A DNA stretch of 64,000 nt. Source: Phaeosaccion multiseriatum. Taxonomy: Eukaryota; Protista; Ochrophyta, other classes. This document shows positions 58,305 through 64,000 of this stretch, in pieces. The DNA lies in contig OZ218965.1 of the NCBI GenBank assembly GCA_965112735.1, positions 434,001 through 498,000 of the forward strand. The letters run 5' to 3'. Position numbers and translations under genes: made by a program. A model generated the notes under the pieces. It was not told the DNA's origin and searched no databases. It worked only from the letters and a program-made list of their open reading frames with translations. Position 1 is the stretch's first letter, and each line of letters starts with the position of its first letter.

Positions 58305-58590
58305 CGTACATACGCACCCCAACGCCACCGCTACGAACAAAATCTTCCCCTCTATCGCTCTAGTCACCGCAAGGTCCTCCAGCACAGTGGGGGCTCCTGC
58401 GCTGGCGGATGGTTCCCATAGGCGTCTCGTTTGGCAGAACGGAACGGACTGTGAAGAAGGTACCAGGCAGGGACAGTGGCTCCGTTGATGGTGAGGTCGC
58501 GGAGGTGGGGCCACAAGGGAACGTCGCCGAAGGAGTGCTCGATCCGTGTGGCGTTGAAGTGGGTAGGAGCGAAGGGAGGCCAAACAGAAA

Positions 58591-58664
58591 AGGGGGGGGG
58601 AGCTGGGATAGGCTCAATTACGTATTAAGGGGGGGGGAGCTGGGATAGGCTCAATTACGTATTA
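58591..58664 (+). repeat. 37-bp tandem duplication
   Basis: AGGGGGGGGGAGCTGGGATAGGCTCAATTACGTATTA x2. Confidence 0.9.
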
Positions 58665-59392
58665 TTAGGTAGGCAGGACAGTAAGTCAATGATGTGGGAC
58701 GCGGCCTTTTTGGGGGCTGGTTGGCCCCTCCGAATTACACTCCTGAACCCGTATAGACCAAGTGGATAGCTCTCCTTAAACAAGGAGGCTGTCCAGGGTC
58801 TTAGGGTGGGATAGCCCTTGTTATTTTAATACACTTGGTGCCAGCTTTGGACTCTTCTCTCTCCCTTATTGGGACCGGAACGCAGCGCCTAGCTTGGGGG
58901 TACCTTCCTCCTCTTAGGCAGAGGGAGGTAGCGGCCCCACACAAGGCAGGCACCCAAATCGCCGTGGGAAGCGACGAGACCACGGCCATGGAGCTCGACG
59001 ACGGAAGGGGAGAAACTCTTCGCTCCAGTGGCACTGTGGAGTCTCATAGATGTTGCACAAGTTGGAATGCGGTCTGTAGTCCTCATCTGGAGCTGGCCCC
59101 TCTTGCATGAACTGTTTCAGTCGCAGGTGGTGGAAAGAGGGAAGGAGGGTTGATAAGGGTCAATACAGACAACATCGAAGTACATACGATCTCCTAGCTG
59201 TTGGTTATCCTGTGTGTGCATTGGCGGCGACTCCACACACAGGGTGGCTCACCACGCCTGCCAAAGGCGGCGTCGCTGAGGAAAGTCCACTCCACCCACG
59301 CCTGATCAGTAGGCCGTTGGTAGAGTGGGTCTTCATGTAGCCGACGCGTGGAAGCCGCTCCGACTCCTTAGCGGCCATGCCGACCACCCGCG

Positions 59393-59605
59393 TGTGGAAA
59401 GTCAGTCGTATGTCAGTGGCCCAGGCCTAGGCAACGCAGTGAGAAACGGTGCCCGTTTCTCACCATCCTCCTGCAGGTGGTCGTTTAGGACAGTGCATAG
59501 ATAGGCTAATAGATACAAGGCCGGCTGTCAGGCTAGCTTTGGGGTGCTGCTGCCTTATCTGTGTGTCTAGTCCGTTTCGTGGAGGTCTAAGCACGACTTT
59601 CCACA
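59393..59605 (+). mobile_element. Solo LTR of the same family
   Basis: TGTGGAAAGTC...GACTTTCCACA ends. Shares GGCCCAGGC, the GTGAGAAACGG/CCGTTTCTCAC hairpin, GGTCGTTTAGGA and CTTTGGGGT with LTR A. No matching TSD. Confidence 0.85.
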
Positions 59606-59641
59606 CCTCCACATCCTGCACTCGCCATTTGTGACTCCCTC

Positions 59642-61779
59642 CTAATTTGCTTCTCCTTCCTCGCCTGCCCCGTTCACCTTTTTCTCCTCCACTCCATCTT
59701 CTTCTCCCAGTTCTTGAGAAGCCCACCCCTCTTCCCTCCTCCCCTTCCTCCCCCCTGCTGAGGGTGCAGCCCGAAGGCCCGTCTTGTTCATCCTAATGAT
59801 ATCTTGAATGCGGTCCGTTACCTTCTCAACGTAATCAGCCTCATACTGGTCTTCCTCATACACTTGGCCGGTTACGCTCGAGAGCTTAAGCAGAAGCTTC
59901 TGCCAGGCCTCCGGCCAGCCTTTCTCCGATTCACCTTCCTGTTCCCATGCCTTCCACTGCTTGTCTATCTCGGGATGAGCCTTGAGCAGCCGCTCCGTTC
60001 CGCTGTAGCAGTCGCCAGGGGTGAGTTTGTAGAAGAGGGGCACCACCCGGAAGTCCTCCTCCTTCTTCTCAAGCCTCTCCATGAAAATCTCTGTCTCCTT
60101 GAGGCACCACTCGCGGCAGAGGAAGTCAGGGCTGAGCACTAAGTCTTTCAATGCCTGCGCTCGCTTGTTCGAGCTGTCCATCGCATCTGGCATACGGAGG
60201 GAGACAACGAATCGACGCTCCTGCTCCTCAGCAGGAGTGCCACCACCGATGACCCCATGCTCAGCCTTCTCAAAAATGATGCCCAGGTCCATCAACCTTC
60301 CCAGCAGAGCCTTCACTTGTTGTTCGTCGAAAGCCCCTCCCCCGCCCCCTCCGCGACGAAGGAGAACGGCGTTCCATACCGATCCGGCAAAACCACTCGT
60401 CAGCACCCCGTCCTTCTTGAGTTTGTCGGCACCGCGCCTGTCCAGCTCAAGTCCAGAGTCGCCGTCGTCCTCTTGTCGCTTCGGCTTCAGTGCGGGTGTC
60501 AGAAGTCCCTTCGTTGGGGGGCAGAAGTAAAGAGCAATGCCGAGGATACGGCAGATGATGGAGGCAAACAAAGAGAACAATGTAGACAAGAGGGGGGGGC
60601 ATGTCAGACGGACGAAACATTACTAAACTCTGACCAACTTCTATTCATTCCTCTCTCTTTCCCATCTCCCTCAAGCACACACATACACACACCTTGTTGC
60701 GACCCAGTAGCACTTCACCACCGTCTGTAATGATGTCACCCGCCGGAGTCAGGAGTGGACTGATCAACTGGGAAAACAAGGCCGCCTCTGTAAGCACAAT
60801 AGCTGCACCTTTCTCCACGTCTCCAGCCAGCCACCACAAGTCTTCCGTTCTTGCTTGTCCTGCACGCACACCGAGAGATACATACAATGAGAGAGGCGCG
60901 GGAAAGCGATCTAGCTACCCCCGCGCGCGCCCCCCACGTGTGCTTGCGTTCCCTCTTGCCTCGGGCTCAAACCGTAACCTTGACCTTGTTCCAAACCGTA
61001 ATCACGCCAACCAAACCCTGTGAATCTCAACCATACCCAGCCAATAGGCGAGCTCAACTCCGCACGCAATCGCCCCGAACCCCCCCCCCGCACTTACAGC
61101 ATTTTGACTCCGCACTGGAGCATCACATCCGCAAGCTCCTTGTCCTCGTCTCCGTCTCCGTCCTTCTCGCACTTCACCTTCCACGCTTTCTTCACTTCAC
61201 CCATTCTTGTCACGAAGACGTGAATGTCTGCCATGTTGCCCAGCAGGGTCACTGCTTTCTGGAGCAAGGGACCCATTACGTACGTCTGGCCTAGGCCCAG
61301 TAACGTCTCCACCAACACCTTCAGCTCCTGCTCCCGGCCTCCCTCCTTCTGGCAGCTCGTCATGTGTATTTCTACCCCCAACACTATGCGCCCCTCCCGC
61401 AGCTCCTCTTTCACAGCACCGTGAACAAGCTCACAGTGTGCCGATAAATCGCTCTGACCCTCCCACGGGTCGCATTGATTGGCTACAAAGGAGCGCAGTG
61501 GACTCCGAAGCGCCGTGCCGGAAAGCTCTTTGGTCACGTACAAAAATCAAGCCCCATCCTCCAGAATATCCCTCTTCCAGAGAGCCAATCTTCTCACCAT
61601 ACAGCCTGTTGAAGGGCAGCTCGAACCTGGCGACATCCATTCTCCACCCGCACTCCATACCAATGCTCCAAGGGTCGTTCGGTGTACCATCCCCAAAAAT
61701 GATTCCACCCCTCTCCGTCTGTGGCCGCGAAGAGGGCCTTGAGTACGTCACGCCACTGCTCATCTACGCTCACCATCAT
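59642..61779 (-). pseudogene. Decayed LRR-(Roc)-COR-TIR Roco-type gene
   Basis: LRR N-cap RDVLKALFAATDGEGWNHFWGWYTERPLEHWYGVRVENG, frameshifted into VARFELPFNRLYG. Possible Roc G4 remnant FVANQCD. COR-like LLGRLMDLGIIFE..RFVVSLRMP fused directly to the C-terminal half of a TIR (LVLSPDFLCREWCLKET..VVPLFYKLTPGDC). Confidence 0.7.
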
Positions 61780-62355
61780 TTACTGGGTTGGGTTGGTTCT
61801 CGTTCGCGGTAACTCCTCCAATCCTGCCAAAGCATGCCCGAGAATCGCCCAAGCTTCCATGAACAATGCGACTGCTTGTTGGGCCTCAAAAGCAGGCCCC
61901 GAGCAGCAAACTCCTCGTGCAGTACTCAGACGGTAATTGTAGATCGAATGGTCAGGCGAAAGGAGTCGCCGCTTGCTCAGGCCGGGAAAGCTGTCCTTAC
62001 CCCAGTTGTCCTGTTCTGCTGCTCTTTTTCCTCTCCCTCCTGCTCCTGCCTCTGACCCTGCTGCTGCACAGATTTTTGTGAGGCGCAAGTGCTGCTCCAC
62101 CTACTGCTGTTGCTACAAGGAATCCTTCTACCACTGCTCCTGTCAGTCGTGCTGCGGAGGATAGCACCCCGGTGCCAATGGCAGGTGAATGTGCAACACG
62201 TAAGTCACAAATGGGTCGCAGAGGCGGGAAATGACAGCCTGCGCGTGTTCTCGGTGGGGCCGAGACGACGTACCGTCCTAGATCTGTGCAGCTCTGATAA
62301 GCGTGAGATGAGCTGCGTGACGAGGAAAGGTAAAGAGAGAATTTGCAATCACATG

Positions 62356-64000
62356 CTATTTTTTAGGCGCAGCCTTCTTTTCATCGAACTCCCTCACTAT
62401 CGTGTTCACCTCCTCGGTGACTCGCCTGGCGAAAGCGAACAGATCCTCTTGCTGGTCATTGCGGAGACCCGTGTGTGCTCCCACACCCCCCAGCAGGTCT
62501 TTCGCAAGCTCGTCCGCTGTCTTGAACTTGTCCTTCTCAAGCCAACCCCAATCCCCTCCCTCCCCTTCGCTCCACTTTCCCCATGTCTCCTTCACGCCGC
62601 GATGGTTGTCTTCTAATTTGCCCGTGTCCCCACATTCGTCAACCGTCAGCCCGAAAAAAAGCGGCACCAGCACTGCTTCCTTTTTCTCCGCCCTGTCCGT
62701 GAAGATTTGCATCTCCCGAAGAGGCCACTCTCGGCACACAAAAGACGGACTCAGCACGACCACGCCAATCGGGGCGGCGTTGGCTACCTCGAGCATCTTG
62801 TCCTCCGCGCCATCTCCTGCGCGCAAACTTGTCTCGTCCAAGAACGTCGCAATGCCTCTCATCTCCAGCATCCTGTAGAGCAGAAATACAATGCCCCGCT
62901 TCTCCGGCCCCGCGTGACTCAGGAAGACGTCGTAATTGTCAGTGTCACACCCTGCCCCTATCGAACTGAGGCTTGAAAACAGACCTTCCTTTGGAGGGAC
63001 ATCAGGGAGCTCGCTGTACAGCAGCCCCGGAAACCTATTGTCGAGAGTGCTCTTGAGCCATCCGTAGCACCTGTTCCGCACTTCTGAGACTCTTTCCCCA
63101 CCCCCGCTTGTTGGTACTGCGTACACAGCCGCATATTTTTCTCCCACCGCTACAAAAACCGCAATGTCTCCGACCAAGAGGAACGCGCTACTGCTCGAAC
63201 ACGCCTTTATGTCCACTCCTGTGTGACCACTGCCGACCGAAGCCAGAAAGAGCGCCAACGTGCTCACTGGAAAGGGCATGTTGTCGGCTCTGATCCCCTT
63301 TTCCCATACTTTGCCCCCTGCGCCCCAGCATCTGAATGCACGCAGAGGGCCCTGCTCACTCACACTCGCCAGGCGAGCTGGAACGACATATTCGCAAGTC
63401 TCCGCACCCTCCATCCCGACGGAAATGAGAATGCCCTGCCGCACCAAGGTGTCCCGCGTGCTCGTGAACAAGGCACCGTCTCCGAGGACTCTGTCTCGAG
63501 CGTCTTTCACCGCCTCGCTGTCTTCTTGAGCCTCTTCACCCTCCATCCGGCACTGGTGCCAATGCTTCCACAGAATGAATAGGTAGGCGGAATTCAGCCG
63601 GCCCGTGCTGCAAAAGGCGCCGTCCTGCTCGAGCAGCTTGCTGTACACCACTTTTTCTCCCACAAGGCATGTCTCAGTCTCCTCGGGCGCGAAGAGCTCT
63701 CCTTTACATTGGTTCCAGGCACCGCCCTCCTTTGTCTGACGCTCGCTCAGCTTGTGGTCAGCCAACGGCCTGATCAACGCCATCAACCACGTCGGGTCAA
63801 GATGCACCACCTCCAGGCCAGCAGCGCCTCCCAAAAGCACAAAGCCTGCAGTTTCGTGCAAGCGCAAGGCCTCCCTTGCGGTGTTACTGTCTCCCCCCCC
63901 CCTACAGCACGTCTTCCATGCGAACAGCCCTCTTGGTGTTGGTCGTGCCTTTTTTACCACGTCAGAAAAAGGAGAAACTACATGTCCCTCCTCCCTCATG
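62356..64000 (-). CDS. COR-TIR C-terminal part of a Roco-type protein, probably 5'-truncated by the window edge
   Basis: 547-aa open frame. COR-like ALRLHETAGFVL..VVHLDPTWLMALIRPL and LVRQGILI..YVVPARL. TIR YDVFLSHAGPEK..GIATFLDETSLRAGD..VVVLSPSFVCREWPLREM..LVPLFFGLT. Confidence 0.85.
   Translation of the reverse strand, partial: MREEGHVVSPFSDVVKKARPTPRGLFAWKTCCRGGGDSNTAREALRLHETAGFVLLGGAAGLEVVHLDPTWLMALIRPLADHKLSERQTKEGGAWNQCKGELFAPEETETCLVGEKVVYSKLLEQDGAFCSTGRLNSAYLFILWKHWHQCRMEGEEAQEDSEAVKDARDRVLGDGALFTSTRDTLVRQGILISVGMEGAETCEYVVPARLASVSEQGPLRAFRCWGAGGKVWEKGIRADNMPFPVSTLALFLASVGSGHTGVDIKACSSSSAFLLVGDIAVFVAVGEKYAAVYAVPTSGGGERVSEVRNRCYGWLKSTLDNRFPGLLYSELPDVPPKEGLFSSLSSIGAGCDTDNYDVFLSHAGPEKRGIVFLLYRMLEMRGIATFLDETSLRAGDGAEDKMLEVANAAPIGVVVLSPSFVCREWPLREMQIFTDRAEKKEAVLVPLFFGLTVDECGDTGKLEDNHRGVKETWGKWSEGEGGDWGWLEKDKFKTADELAKDLLGGVGAHTGLRNDQQEDLFAFARRVTEEVNTIVREFDEKKAAPKK

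Noticed and set aside
41173-58583. Long ORFs of PPSL, EGGR, GQWVG and THSL repeats (e.g. 49037-51295, 752 aa)
   Set aside because: Translations of stop-free micro- and minisatellites, with no domain content.
58310-59390. Coding-like fragments, possibly the rest of the LysM gene or a retroelement pol
   Set aside because: No LysM C-terminal strand and no RT/integrase motifs; frames are short and inconsistent.

Overview
Eukaryotic, GC-rich, intron-rich genomic DNA, probably from a photosynthetic stramenopile (ochrophyte). This is inferred from two signal-peptide-plus-Phe plastid presequences and an Ectocarpus-type LRR N-cap. Bases 1-38.2 kb form a compact block of 11 genes: a giant multi-reader CHD/SNF2 remodeler, B12-dependent methionine synthase MetH, plastid chorismate mutase, an unknown plastid protein, an EF-hand/FN3 protein, an SLC35A transporter, a minimal FLASH/CASP8AP2-like protein, a CBS-PP2C(PTC7) fusion, NDUFA1, THOC5 and ABCB7/ATM1. 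Bases 38.3-59.6 kb are repeat-dense and full of relics: an ankyrin-like pseudogene, (GGGA)n/(TCCC)n tracts, a 3.4-kb fold-back satellite that looks like one intron, and a WD40-LysM gene. That gene carries two young, oppositely oriented, non-coding LTR elements (TG..CA ends, 4-bp TSDs, internal ~113-bp hairpin arrays) that lack a tRNA primer site but show a Tf1-like self-priming signature; a solo LTR lies nearby. The window ends (59.6-64 kb) in tandem Roco-type COR-TIR genes, one apparently intact as far as visible and one decayed. The best candidates for undescribed biology are the self-priming miniature LTR family, the Roco-TIR locus and the fold-back satellite intron. All calls were made by eye, with no database searches.
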